Positions 31,764 through 41,494 of a DNA stretch of 64,000 bases are shown here, piece by piece. Source of the DNA: an uncultured delta proteobacterium. GTDB taxonomy: Bacteria > Desulfobacterota > Desulfobacteria > Desulfobacterales > Desulfosalsimonadaceae. Made by a program: the position numbers and the translations under genes. Where the stretch lies: contig CAWGYD010000003.1 in the NCBI GenBank assembly GCA_963826785.1, forward strand, positions 128,001 to 192,000. The letters run 5' to 3'. The notes below the pieces were generated by a model, which was not told the DNA's origin, ran no database searches, and was given only the letters and a program-made list of their open reading frames with translations. Every line of letters begins with the position of its first letter. Positions within the stretch are counted from its first letter, which is position 1.

Positions 31764-32693
31764 ATGCTTTCAAATGCCGTTAAAAATATCCTCTACCACT
31801 ACAATGGGGAAAACCCTGGCGTATTGACCAACCTGGCCCGGATTTTAAACCACGGAACCCTGGCCGGAACCGGAAAAATGGTGATCCTGCCGGTGGACCA
31901 GGGATTCGAGCACGGGCCCGCCCGCAGCTTTGCCGAAAATGACGCCGGCTATGACCCCGCATACCATTTCCAGTTGGGAATCGATTCCGGGTGCAATGCC
32001 CATGCCGCCCCACTGGGTGCGCTGGAGGCCGCTGCCGCCGCATATGCCGGCGACATCCCGCTGATTTTAAAGCTCAACAACCATGATTCCCTCGCCCCGG
32101 ACGGCACCGATCCCGTCCCCTCGGTAACCGGGTCGGTTGTCGATGCACTGCGCCTGGGGTGCGTGGCCGTTGGTTTCACCATCTACCCGGGTTCGGCCCA
32201 TTTCAAGACCATGTACCAGGAAATCCGGGAAATCGGCCAGGAAGCACGGGAAAACGGACTTGCGGTGGTGATCTGGTCCTATCCCCGGGGATCGAGCCTT
32301 TCCAAGGACGGGGAAACCGCCATCGACGTGGTGGCCTATGCCGCGCACCTTGCCGCCCAGCTGGGGGCCCACATCATTAAGGTGAAACTCCCCACCGACC
32401 ACATCGAGCAGGACAAGGCCAAGAAAATCTACCAGGCCCAGAACATCCCCATCGACACGGTGGCCGACCGGGTCCGGCACGTGGTGCAGAGCACGTTTGC
32501 CGGGAAGCGGATGGTGATCTTTTCAGGCGGATCCAAGGCGGACGAATCATCCTTCATGGACGACATCCGGGGCATCCGGGAGGGCGGCGGTTTCGGCTCC
32601 ATCATCGGCCGCAACTCCTTCCAGCGCCCCAAAGATGACGCTGTCAGATTTTTGAAACAGGTAATGAAGATTTATGCAGGCTCCAGCATATAG
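31764..32693 (+). CDS. fbaB: class I fructose-bisphosphate aldolase
   Basis: ILPVDQGFEHGP, GFTIYPGS, WSYPRG, AHIIKVK (Schiff-base Lys), IIGRNSFQR; AAGGAG RBS. Confidence 0.95.
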   Translation: MLSNAVKNILYHYNGENPGVLTNLARILNHGTLAGTGKMVILPVDQGFEHGPARSFAENDAGYDPAYHFQLGIDSGCNAHAAPLGALEAAAAAYAGDIPLILKLNNHDSLAPDGTDPVPSVTGSVVDALRLGCVAVGFTIYPGSAHFKTMYQEIREIGQEARENGLAVVIWSYPRGSSLSKDGETAIDVVAYAAHLAAQLGAHIIKVKLPTDHIEQDKAKKIYQAQNIPIDTVADRVRHVVQSTFAGKRMVIFSGGSKADESSFMDDIRGIREGGGFGSIIGRNSFQRPKDDAVRFLKQVMKIYAGSSI

Positions 32694-32844
32694 CCTTTGT
32701 CAAAGGTGATACACGTGCGGGTGGTGAAAGAAACGGCATCCGACACCCGGTATAGCGCGACGCCGGCCATTTCTTCCAGGTTTGGCATGTTGATCAACGT
32801 CATTTTCACCACCAACACCTCTGAGGGGGTTGACCAAAGGGGGG

Positions 32845-32924
32845 CAGCCGCCATTCACACCTTTTTTGAGATGTCCGACAACGTTGGGCAACAGCCGCTC
32901 CCGAGCTGCATCATCCATGACCTT
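32845..32924 (-). pseudogene. remnant of a catalase 3' end (paralogous to the 3' end of the catalase at 36691-38145)
   Basis: [26 protein letters not shown] versus catalase [23 protein letters not shown]...KGVNGG. Confidence 0.85.
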
Positions 32925-33037
32925 GATTACAACCGTCGGGCTTCAATGCTTTTAGGAATCTGGAAAACAACATACGGCTAAGGGCGGTAATGCCTTACTG
33001 GCGGTGATCTTTTCATTATACCCCCGTGCAATTTCGC

Positions 33038-33066
33038 TTGACGTATTACGAGTTGCGTAATACGTT
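33038..33066 (+). promoter_or_regulatory. higBA promoter with a palindromic operator
   Basis: TTGACG-17 nt-TACGTT; perfect IR acgtattacg-agttg-cgtaatacgt. Confidence 0.75.
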
Positions 33067-33072
33067 GTGGAC

Positions 33073-33351
33073 ATGATTAAATCATTTGCCTGCCGTGATA
33101 CTGAAAAATTATTCAATGATCAACAGGTACGCCGTTTTCAGGCTTTCGAAAGGCAGGCACGGAAACGACTTATGGTTTTACATGCTGCTCCCAGCTTAGA
33201 TGCGCTGATGTTGAATCCAGGGAATAATTTTCACGCTCTTTCAGGGAATCGGAAAGGCCAGTGCGCTATCAGTATCAATAAACAATGGCGTGTATGTTTC
33301 GAGTGGCAAGATGGAAATGCGTACCATGTTGAAATAACCGACTATCACTGA
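33073..33351 (+). CDS. higB: HigB toxin (RelE/ParE superfamily)
   Basis: MIKSFACRDTEKLF...ISINKQWRVCFEW...VEITDYH. Confidence 0.93.
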   Translation: MIKSFACRDTEKLFNDQQVRRFQAFERQARKRLMVLHAAPSLDALMLNPGNNFHALSGNRKGQCAISINKQWRVCFEWQDGNAYHVEITDYH

Positions 33352-33361
33352 GAGTGACCTA

Positions 33362-33700
33362 ATGAATAATAAATCCAATAACCTTGAGCCAATAAACCCG
33401 GGTGAAATCCTCCGCGAGGATTTTTTAGAGCCTTTGGGTATTAGCATAAACCAGCTTTCCAGAGATTTATCGGTTCCCCCCAACAGGATTAGTGAGATTG
33501 TAAATGGGAAACGAGCCATTACTGCCGATACGGCATTGAGACTGGAGCGTTATTTTGGAATTGAAGCCCAGTTTTGGCTGAATTTGCAGACCGAGTTTGA
33601 TCTAAGAGTGATGAAACGAAAAATCGGGGCTGATATCCAGAAGCGGATTATCCCTGCCAAGCATACGGGCGAAGGCATTCACAAAAGTGCCGGTGCATAA
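33362..33700 (+). CDS. higA: HigA antitoxin (HTH)
   Basis: PGEILREDFLEPLGIS...RISEIVNGKRAITADTALRL...FWLNLQ. Confidence 0.95.
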   Translation: MNNKSNNLEPINPGEILREDFLEPLGISINQLSRDLSVPPNRISEIVNGKRAITADTALRLERYFGIEAQFWLNLQTEFDLRVMKRKIGADIQKRIIPAKHTGEGIHKSAGA

Positions 33701-34135
33701 TACAAAGGGGCGTGCCGTTAATTTGTGGTGGGGGCAAACTTTTATCTCTTTTATGCATGCTCCGAGAATAAACGACCTGATTGACGGGTGCACAGGATAA
33801 AGAAGGCTCGGCGTCTCGGGATAGATCAGTTCCATCCACGAATGAGATAATTTGTTCAAGTTCAAGTCCCCGGCATTGGTTCTGATAATCCTCAGCAGGC
33901 AAGGAACCGGATTCCTTGCAAGGCCATGGCCGAAGTTCGTTAGAAATTAAAGAGGTAAATGCCCTCGAATGCCACAATCCATATTGATCTGGTGATCTGG
34001 TTAATGCTTCGGGGGAATCGCATCACCGTATCAATGGGCATGAGCGCGATGATTTGCCAGCCCACTCACATTGAAATTTTCACTTGCCAGAAGGTGCACT
34101 ACCCAAAATCGTGTCACCTGTGAATCTTACAATAT

Positions 34136-34206
34136 CAGCCCTTCAGCATTCCTTAAAAAATCGGCAATCACAAGATATGGGAAGCCATACTGTCGGTCCA
34201 TAGCCG
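34136..34206 (-). repeat. degenerate junction repeat, copy 1 (remnant of an unknown minus-strand gene)
   Basis: cagcccttcagcatt...gcaatcacaagat..gg...ccatagccg shared with 40481-40640 and 47158-47253. Confidence 0.7.
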
Positions 34207-34233
34207 TAGTGCTGCGCGTGAAAACGGAATTTA

Positions 34234-35621
34234 TCAGCTTACTGACATCCGTATGGCTTTAAGGAGTTCATCTGATGGGGCGGCTTTGTAGATATAGGCG
34301 CAAGCGCCGGCATGTCTCATTCTTTCTTCAATTGAAGGGTCATCATGCATCGTCAAGCCGATGATGCGGTTGCGGGGGTGTTTTTTTAAGATCTCTTCCG
34401 TGGCGGCGATGCCATCCATCTTCGGCATGGTGACATCCATCAGGATCACATCCGGCGCTTTCTGATCCGTCATTTCTACTGCTTCAAGACCGTTCTCGGC
34501 CTGGGCCACTACTTCCAGATCATTATGATTTCGCAAAATCCCGACCAGTCCATGCCGCATGATGGCATGGTCGTCGGCCAGAAGAACTCTGATTTTGCCG
34601 CTTTGGTCATGGGCGGCCTGCGCGTATTCCTTCCGATTTCTTTCCAAAGGATCAATTGCAAAACCGGTGGGGAAAGTTCATGGGACAGGTTCCGGCACTT
34701 CTGGATGCTCTCGTCAACAAGGGACTCCACAGCCAATATTTTTTCTGCGGTTTTCGGATCGGCCAGTTCTTTCGGGAGCAGGCTGCCCAGTCGAAACCGA
34801 ATGGCAACAAGGTACTGCTGAAGGTCGTCATGCAGGGTCATGGCAATTCGGCGGCGCTCCAGGTCTTCGGCCCCGGAGAGTTCCAGGGCCAGCTGCCGCA
34901 GTGCCTCGGCGCGATGCTCCGCTTCGGCGGTTCGTTCGGCCACCCGGATTTCCAAGTTCTCATTCAATTGATGCATGGCTTCATTGGCATTTGCCAATTC
35001 CGCAGTACGCTGTCTTACGCGGCCTTCCAGGTTTTCTATGAGATCGCTGTTTTCAAATTTTAGTTTGAATACCATCAGGATCGCATGGCGTACTCGTTTG
35101 GCGGTCAAATACATCAGGCAGCCAAACAAAAGGGTCATTCCACCCATACCCATCCGGACAGGATCTCCAATTAGAAAAAATTTAACGATAACAGGAAATA
35201 ACGCTGGAAGACTGAAAGCCAGAAAAGCTTTCATTGAAATCGAATATGTTCCCGCTGCTCCGGCAACCATTCCGCCAGATACGAATACAATGAGGACTTG
35301 ATGGGGGAGGCTGTTTATCGGAAACAGAAAAACACCGGCGGAACCCCATAAGAGGCCTGATAAACCAATCCAAATGTTGAAGCGGAATTCATATTTACGA
35401 AATTCGGCCGTTTTATATTCCGAACGCGTGAACTTAAGAAAATGAAGATATCCAAAAGCTGCCAGGGTGACGCTTGCAGCAAACCAGATGGATAGAGCAG
35501 CTGATGGAACGACTTCCCACAAAAGAATGACAAGAATAAGGGAATTGACCAGCGAGGCGGTTAAACCGATAGGCATGTTTTTGTAAAGCTGTTTGACTTT
35601 TTCGGCGTAAAGTCTCTCCAT
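34234..35621 (-). pseudogene. membrane sensor histidine kinase (HisKA_3) joined out of frame to a receiver domain; ATPase domain missing
   Basis: About 6 TM segments; ERRRIAMTLHDDLQQ...ELSPPVLQ then an abrupt switch near 34655 to REC (IRVLLADDH, PDVILMDVTMPKMDG). Confidence 0.8.
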
Positions 35622-36199
35622 TTAGGATTTATTCCTTTCACTCAGGAATAAACACACCGAATTGAATTAAATCCAGTCGAAAGAACCCAAAAACAGCCTA
35701 AGTAATTTATGTAACAATGAATATTTATGAGGGCCAGTTTTTTTAAAAAAAAGCATAAGCAACAGGTTAAAAAAGCGGGCAATTCTTGCCAGCCCCGGCA
35801 GCAATCCTGCCTTTCCTTTCACTCCCACTGAGCACATGGATTGGCAATCTTTCACCTGCCAAAAGCCGAATTACTGCCAAGCCATAGCTGTAATCTGTTT
35901 TGCCAACAATTTATCTTTGGTGCTCTGCTCGAATGACATGATTAAATCTGATGCCGTTATCAGACATTGTGAAGGGCTTCAAAAGGTCTAATCTAAATGG
36001 ATTGATTCTCATAAAATCTGGGCTGTTTCCTCCATGGCATTTAATCCGACTTCAATTCCTCAGAGAGCTTATCATCATAGCACCTTAATGCCTTCACAAT
36101 CAGGTGCTTAATCAATATGAATAAAGAATTTTTGACAGCCAAATAATAAGGGTTATTAATTAGTGTTAGATATCAACTTGAAACCAGATAATTTCCAGA

Positions 36200-36652
36200 A
36201 TGGCCCACTCCAAGAAGCGATTTGACACCATCATTGAGAAGCTGAGGGCAAACGATCACAAGATCACCCCCCAGCGAATTGCGATTGCCGAAATCCTGGC
36301 AGACAGCAAGGGGCACCCCGGTGTGGAAAGCATATACGAGCAGCTGAAAAACAAATTTCCCACCATGAGCCTGGCCACGGTCTACCGGAATGTTTTGCTG
36401 ATTAAATCGCTGGGTGAAGTTCTGGAACTGGGTTTTCCCAATGGATGCAACCGGTATGACGGCAACAGGCCATTTCCGCATCCTCATGTCATCTGTATCC
36501 GGTGCCAGAAAATCATCGACCCGAATCTCGATTCGCTCAAGGATATGACCGCGGAAGTGGCCGATGAAACCGGATTCGATATACTGGCCCATCGCTTGGA
36601 CTTTTTCGGTATTTGCGGAGAGTGCAGAAAAGTCAGGGTAGAAGCAAAATAA
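36200..36652 (+). CDS. perR: Fur-family regulator, PerR-like
   Basis: [23 protein letters not shown]...CGEC; directly upstream of catalase; TTGACA and an AT-rich palindrome at 36132-36161. Confidence 0.85.
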   Translation: MAHSKKRFDTIIEKLRANDHKITPQRIAIAEILADSKGHPGVESIYEQLKNKFPTMSLATVYRNVLLIKSLGEVLELGFPNGCNRYDGNRPFPHPHVICIRCQKIIDPNLDSLKDMTAEVADETGFDILAHRLDFFGICGECRKVRVEAK

Positions 36653-36690
36653 GGAGAACCATGAGTAAGGAAATTCAAAGGAGGCAAAAC

Positions 36691-38145
36691 ATGAAAGACA
36701 GTGACCGCAAACATACCACCAATGATGCGGGAATCCCCGTATCCAGTGATGAGTATTCTCTCACCGTGGGACCGGACGGCCCCATTCTGCTGCAGGACCA
36801 TTATCTCATTGAACAAATGGCCAACTTCAACCGGGAGCGGATTGCCGAACGCCAGCCCCACGCCAAGGGTTCCGGGGCCTTCGGGCACTTCGAGGTGACC
36901 GGCGATGTCAGTGCTTACACCAAGGCGGCGGTATTCCAGCCGGGGACCAAAACCGATACCCTGATCCGGTTTTCCACCGTGGCCGGCGAGCGCGGCAGCC
37001 CCGATACCTGGCGGGACCCGCGCGGATTCGCCTTGAAGTTCTACACCAGCGAGGGCAACTATGACCTGGTGGGAAACAACACGCCCATCTTCTTCGTGCG
37101 CGACCCCATGAAGTTCCAGCACTTTATCCGGTCCCAGAAGCGGCGTGCGGACAGCGGACTGCGGGACCATGACATGCAATGGGATTTCTGGACCCTGTCC
37201 CCTGAATCGGCGCACCAGGTCACCATCCTGATGGGAGACCGCGGCATCCCAAAGAACTGGCGGCACATGAACGGCTACGGAAGTCATACCTTCATGTGGG
37301 TCAATGTAGCCGGCGAAAAATTCTGGGTGAAATATCATTTTATCACCGATCAGGGGAACGATTTTCTCACCCAGGAAGATGCAGACCGGATCGCCGGAGA
37401 GGATGCAGACTATCACCGCCGGGATCTGTTTGAGTCGATCAAGCGGGAAGATTACCCCAGCTGGACGCTGAAGGTGCAGATCATGCCATTTGCAGAGGCT
37501 GAAACTTACCGGTTCAATCCCTTTGATTTAACCAAGGTCTGGCCCCACGGTGACTATCCGCTGCACGAGGTCGGCCGGCTGACGCTGACCCGCAACCCGA
37601 CCGATTTCCACACCGAAATCGAGCAGGCGGCGTTTGAACCCAATTCCTTTGTACCCGGCATCGGTCCCAGCCCCGACAAAATGCTGCTGGGCCGACTTTT
37701 TTCCTATGCGGACGCCCACCGCTCCCGCCTGGGAGTCAATTACAAGCAGATTCCGGTCAACCGGCCAAAGGCCCCGGTGCACAGCTACAGCAAGGATGGC
37801 GCAATGCGGGTCATGAACGTCTCCGATCCGGTGTACGCGCCCAATTCCAAGGGCGGCCCCCAGGCGGACGGGGATCGCTATCCTGAGGTGGCCACCTGGA
37901 ATGCCAGCGGTGAATTCATCCGATCAGCTTACACCAAGCGCAAGGATGATGATGACTTCGTCCAGCCCCGGGCGCTGATCCGCAAGGTCATGGATGATGG
38001 GGCACGCGACCGGCTGGTGTCCAATGTTGTCGGACACCTCAAAAAAGGGGTAACCGAGCCCGTATTGCAGCGGGCATTTCAATATTGGCGCAACATTGAC
38101 GAGGAAATCGGCGATCGCATCGAAAAAGGGGTGAACGGCGGCTGA
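36691..38145 (+). CDS. katA: monofunctional heme catalase (small subunit)
   Basis: [15 protein letters not shown] (distal His), [23 protein letters not shown] (proximal Tyr); AGGAGG RBS. Confidence 0.96.
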   Translation: MKDSDRKHTTNDAGIPVSSDEYSLTVGPDGPILLQDHYLIEQMANFNRERIAERQPHAKGSGAFGHFEVTGDVSAYTKAAVFQPGTKTDTLIRFSTVAGERGSPDTWRDPRGFALKFYTSEGNYDLVGNNTPIFFVRDPMKFQHFIRSQKRRADSGLRDHDMQWDFWTLSPESAHQVTILMGDRGIPKNWRHMNGYGSHTFMWVNVAGEKFWVKYHFITDQGNDFLTQEDADRIAGEDADYHRRDLFESIKREDYPSWTLKVQIMPFAEAETYRFNPFDLTKVWPHGDYPLHEVGRLTLTRNPTDFHTEIEQAAFEPNSFVPGIGPSPDKMLLGRLFSYADAHRSRLGVNYKQIPVNRPKAPVHSYSKDGAMRVMNVSDPVYAPNSKGGPQADGDRYPEVATWNASGEFIRSAYTKRKDDDDFVQPRALIRKVMDDGARDRLVSNVVGHLKKGVTEPVLQRAFQYWRNIDEEIGDRIEKGVNGG

Positions 38146-38165
38146 CAATTTATCGCCCCTGGCGT

Positions 38166-38205
38166 AAAAAGCCCCACATGGCCTCATTTGGCTGTGGGGC
38201 TTTTT
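38166..38205. terminator. bidirectional rho-independent terminator
   Basis: aaaaagccccaca...tgtggggcttttt after the catalase stop. Confidence 0.85.
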
Positions 38206-38251
38206 GGGCTTTGAGTGGAGTGATGGTGCGCCCTACTCTTCCCCAGCGAAC

Positions 38252-38360
38252 TTGAAATTATCGATTTTGGTGCGATGAAATCGTAAAGGAAGCGGTGGCG
38301 GAATCCGGCATCGGTGCATCCATGGAAAAAATGAGCGACATGATGGAGAATACCATCTCG
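38252..38360 (+). pseudogene. remnant of a small thioredoxin-like (MTH895/ars-associated) gene
   Basis: EIVKEAVAESGIGASMEKMSDMME; CxxC region lost. Confidence 0.45.
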
Positions 38361-38415
38361 ACTCTGATCTGAAATAATAAATACCGGTGATTCACGATGC
38401 GGAAAGGACAAGGGC

Positions 38416-38974
38416 ATGTTTTCCGGTGATAAGCCAAAAATATTGATTATCGGGGGCTCCGATGCCGGCATAAGCGCAGCTTTGCGAGCTCGGGAAGTCA
38501 ATCCAGATGCCGAGGTCATGATAACGCTCAAGGACGCATACCCCAATTTCAGCATTTGCGGTCTCCCTTTTCTGATCAGCGGCGAGGTTGAAAATTGGCG
38601 CAACCTGGCCCATCGGACGATTGGTGAAATTGAACAATCCGGATTCAGATGCAAGGGACTGTGGGTTTGATCCGCTGACCATCCAGATGGAAACGCCGGA
38701 TCATAAGGCATATTACCCGGGTGCTGAACCGATCCACATCCGCCTCACCGGGGACAAGGCGACAAAAAGACTGCTCGGAGTTCAATTGATCGGACGCTAT
38801 GGCGCAGAAATTTCAAAACGGATCGATGTCATTGCGGCGGCTTTGTATTCTGGGTTATCCGTTGCGGATCTGACGAATCTGGACCTCTCATATACACCGC
38901 CACTTTCATCACCGTATGACCCGCTTCAGACAGCGGCTTTTGAATGGCTGAAGAACAATTTAGAAACTTATTAA
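38416..38974 (+). pseudogene. CoA-disulfide reductase/NADH oxidase family gene with a large internal deletion
   Basis: N-terminus IIGGSDAGISAA...FSICGLP joined out of frame near 38650 to C-terminus YYPGA...KRIDV...DLSYTPPLS; central NAD-binding part absent. Confidence 0.85.
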
Positions 38975-39020
38975 AGCAGGAGGAATTTATATCGGCAAGC
39001 AGATCAATTCCCGGTATGCC

Positions 39021-39133
39021 ACCATTTTGGCTGCCATGGCCTACACCCTCGGCCGGACCCTGTCTTATATGATCATCAGCATCCTCATCATTGCCGGGCT
39101 GATCTCCATTCCGGGTGTGGCCCGGTTTCTCGG
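39021..39133 (+). pseudogene. fragment of a membrane protein (ArsG/cytochrome-c-biogenesis-like)
   Basis: TILAAMAYTLGRTLSYMIISILIIAGLISIPGVARFL, with no proper start or end. Confidence 0.45.
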
Positions 39134-39425
39134 GCTTGGCACTGCGGCCTGGATGCGATGACTCAATCGAAAACGGAGAAGTACGTTAAGTTGAACGCTC
39201 AGCGGACTTTTGCGGTGCTCCGTTGTCCGCCCATGCACGAATTACCGTATGTTGAACCAGTCATTTTCATGTTCTTCCCCGTAATTTGCCTTGGCTGAAA
39301 TCAAAATCGCCCAGCAGATTCTCCATCCGGCCCTTCACCGAGAATTGCTGCCCATATACATTGTTTAACTTGACAACTGCGCAAACGGTGTATAATCCTG
39401 GTGTATACATTATATGAGGTGCAAT

Positions 39426-39659
39426 ATGATACGAACACAAATATATTTAACAGAACAACAACGGAATGAACTGGCTACCATAGCTAAATCATTCGGAAAA
39501 AAGCAGAGCGAGCTCATTCGGGAGGCAATCGATCGGCTCATCGAACAAACTGGAAAGAACCATAGAGAACTGGTCCTTCGAGAGGTAGCCGGAATCTGGA
39601 AAGATCGAGCTGATCTCCCTGATTTCAAGTCAATTCGTGCCGAATGGGATAGGACATAA
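39426..39659 (+). CDS. vapB: CopG/RHH antitoxin (VapB-like)
   Basis: MIRTQIYLTEQQ...SELIREAID...AGIWKDR; TTGACA, TATAAT and ggtgtata repeats at 39370-39410. Confidence 0.88.
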   Translation: MIRTQIYLTEQQRNELATIAKSFGKKQSELIREAIDRLIEQTGKNHRELVLREVAGIWKDRADLPDFKSIRAEWDRT

Positions 39660-39660
39660 T

Positions 39661-40044
39661 ATGGCGAAGCCGATTCTTCTTGATACGGATGTTCTCGTTG
39701 ATTTTTTCAGAGGATACAGCGAGGCAGCGGCTTTCGTTAACACATACAATGATCGCATTATCCTGTCATCAATTGTTGTTGCTGAGTTGTTTGCCGGTGT
39801 AAAAGGAGATAGGGAACAGGCTGCTTTGCAGGACTTTATCTCCCTCTTCCGTGTTGTTCCTGTAGATACCGAGATCGGGAAAGCCGGAGGCCTTTATAGA
39901 CGAGATTATGGTAAGTCACATGGCGTTGGTCTTGCGGATGCCATTTTGGCTGCAACTGCGGTAGCCGAAAACGCAGAGCTAAAAACACTCAACACAAAGC
40001 ACTATCCCATGCTAAAAGGCCTCAGACCAGCCTACCAAAAATAG
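39661..40044 (+). CDS. vapC: VapC PIN-domain toxin
   Basis: ILLDTDVLVD, AELFAG, LADAILAATA, TLNTKHYP. Confidence 0.93.
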   Translation: MAKPILLDTDVLVDFFRGYSEAAAFVNTYNDRIILSSIVVAELFAGVKGDREQAALQDFISLFRVVPVDTEIGKAGGLYRRDYGKSHGVGLADAILAATAVAENAELKTLNTKHYPMLKGLRPAYQK

Positions 40045-40046
40045 TT

Positions 40047-40119
40047 GGCCAACAATGCCATGCACACGGGCAGGAATTCCGCTGCGCTCCATTCCCGCCG
40101 GTGATGGCCGCCGTTACAA
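40047..40119 (+). mobile_element. integron attC-like recombination site
   Basis: GGCCAAC (R'')...imperfect palindrome (gccatgcacacgggcaggaat/attcccgccggtgatggc)...GTTACAA (R'), 2 nt after the vapC stop and immediately before the next RBS and ATG. Confidence 0.75.
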
Positions 40120-40130
40120 AGAGGAAAAAA

Positions 40131-40331
40131 ATGAAGACAATCTTCATAACCATAATTTGTGCGGCGGCTTTCATGATGAGTCCGACCATTTACGCCGGAA
40201 CCAAGTCACTCATCGTGATTGCCGTTCCAAAGGCCATGCTTGAGCATAAAACCACCTCAAAGAAAATGACTCGGACAGCTTCTTCGGTCGTAGCCGTTGA
40301 TTGGCGGCGTTCAACATTGATGAACCCGTAA
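40131..40331 (+). pseudogene. probable truncated cassette gene with a signal peptide, ending inside the MITE
   Basis: GAGG RBS after attC; MKTIFITIICAAAFMMSPTIYAG; stop codon lies inside the MITE terminal repeat. Confidence 0.45.
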
Positions 40332-40450
40332 AAAGTCCAAAGTTCGTCACTCCGGTGAAAACCGGAGTCTATAACCAACTTAGTTTGTAGTAGATTCCGG
40401 CCTCCGCCGGAATGACGAAAGCGTAAAATCCGACTTTTTACGGCTTCATC
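40319..40450. mobile_element. MITE with 19-bp TIRs, 6-bp direct flanking repeat and an internal REP-like pair
   Basis: GATGAACCCGTAAAAAGTC / GACTTTTTACGGCTTCATC (18/19), flanked on both sides by AACATT; internal gtcactccggtgaaaaccggagtc...gattccggcctccgccggaatgac. Confidence 0.8.
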
Positions 40451-40480
40451 AACATTCTTCACCACCAAAACCATCCTTCC

Positions 40481-40640
40481 AGTGCACCATGCAATGGCAG
40501 CCCTTCAGCATTTCTGAAAATTAGCAATCACAAGATGTGGAAAACCCCAGAATTGCAGAATTGCTGACGAGTCTTATCGGATAGTGCGCGCCGTATGCCA
40601 GCAATTCGGTCGATCCATAGCCGGAATGTGCAATCTCACT
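40481..40640 (-). repeat. degenerate junction repeat, copy 2 (with an internal hairpin insert)
   Basis: agtgcaccatgcaatggcagcccttcagcatttctgaaaattagcaatcacaagatgtgg...gatccatagccgg. Confidence 0.7.
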
Positions 40641-40672
40641 TGGCACAAGGGCCTCCTATGTCCATAAAAAAT

Positions 40673-40748
40673 TTAACATCTTAATTGACAAATATAGGCT
40701 CAAACGTTAACTTATAAAAAAATAACAATGTTAATTTAACAGTGTAAT
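40673..40748 (+). promoter_or_regulatory. three TAACAnTGTTA-like operator palindromes around a TTGACA box
   Basis: ttaacatcttaa, ataacaatgttaa and ttaacagtgtaat upstream of tetR. Confidence 0.65.
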
Positions 40749-40762
40749 ATTATAAACTGAGA

Positions 40763-41429
40763 ATGCCGAAAGCACAAAGAACAGCGAAAGAAATTGAGGC
40801 GGCAAAGGCTGAGATCCTACAAGCCACAGTCAAGCTGATCGTCGATATCGGCTATGATGATTTCAGCATGCGGAAACTGGCCAGAACCCTCGGGATGACG
40901 GCAACGACCATCTACAATTATTACACAAACAAGGACGATCTCTACCTGCACCTGCTGATCCGGGGATTTGACGCCTTGACTGCCAGGCTGGCCGAGACTC
41001 GCCGGCAGCAGGCTACCCCCGAGCTGCAGCTTTCCGCCATGATCCGCGCCTATACCGATTTCGGACTGGAGCAGGCCAATTTCTACAACCTGATGTATTC
41101 CTGGCACGTGCCCAAGTACAACGACTACGTGGGGACCCCGATACAGCAGGTGGCCGACCTGCAGCTTGAAGCGGCCATGAAGGTTCCGGCAACCTTTTTT
41201 GAAACCATCCGTGCTTACGCAGAAGAACGGGGCAAGGCGATCTGACGACGCAAATGTCTGGTTTTTGCTGATCCATTACTGGAGCCAGCTGCACGGGTTT
41301 ATCGCCGGGTGCAACAACACCAATCTATACTACATTCACCCGGACCCGGTTTCGCTCAAAGACAAGCATCTGGAATTTCTTGCGGCACATTTCATGGAGG
41401 ATATTTCAAAATTGACGGCTCGTAAATAA
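40763..41429 (+). CDS. TetR/AcrR regulator (frameshift near 41243)
   Basis: FSMRKLARTLGMTATTIYNYYTNKDDL; C-terminus YWSQLHG in the next frame. Confidence 0.85.
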
Positions 41430-41494
41430 CTGTTCGCGCGCCTCGATCTTGAACTTTTTCTTTACCGTTCAAAAACGAACAAGGGAGGACCACC

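Noticed and set aside
33694..33721. Possible truncated attC after higA (gcataa...gccgttaa)
   Set aside because: Too short, lacks the AAC core and an internal palindrome
34180..34225. Plus-strand ILSVHSRSAARE resembling a TatD/QatD motif
   Set aside because: Not conserved in the third repeat copy; synonymous changes favour minus-strand coding
41241..41246. TGA in tetR as a selenocysteine or readthrough codon
   Set aside because: The continuation is in a different frame, so this is an indel
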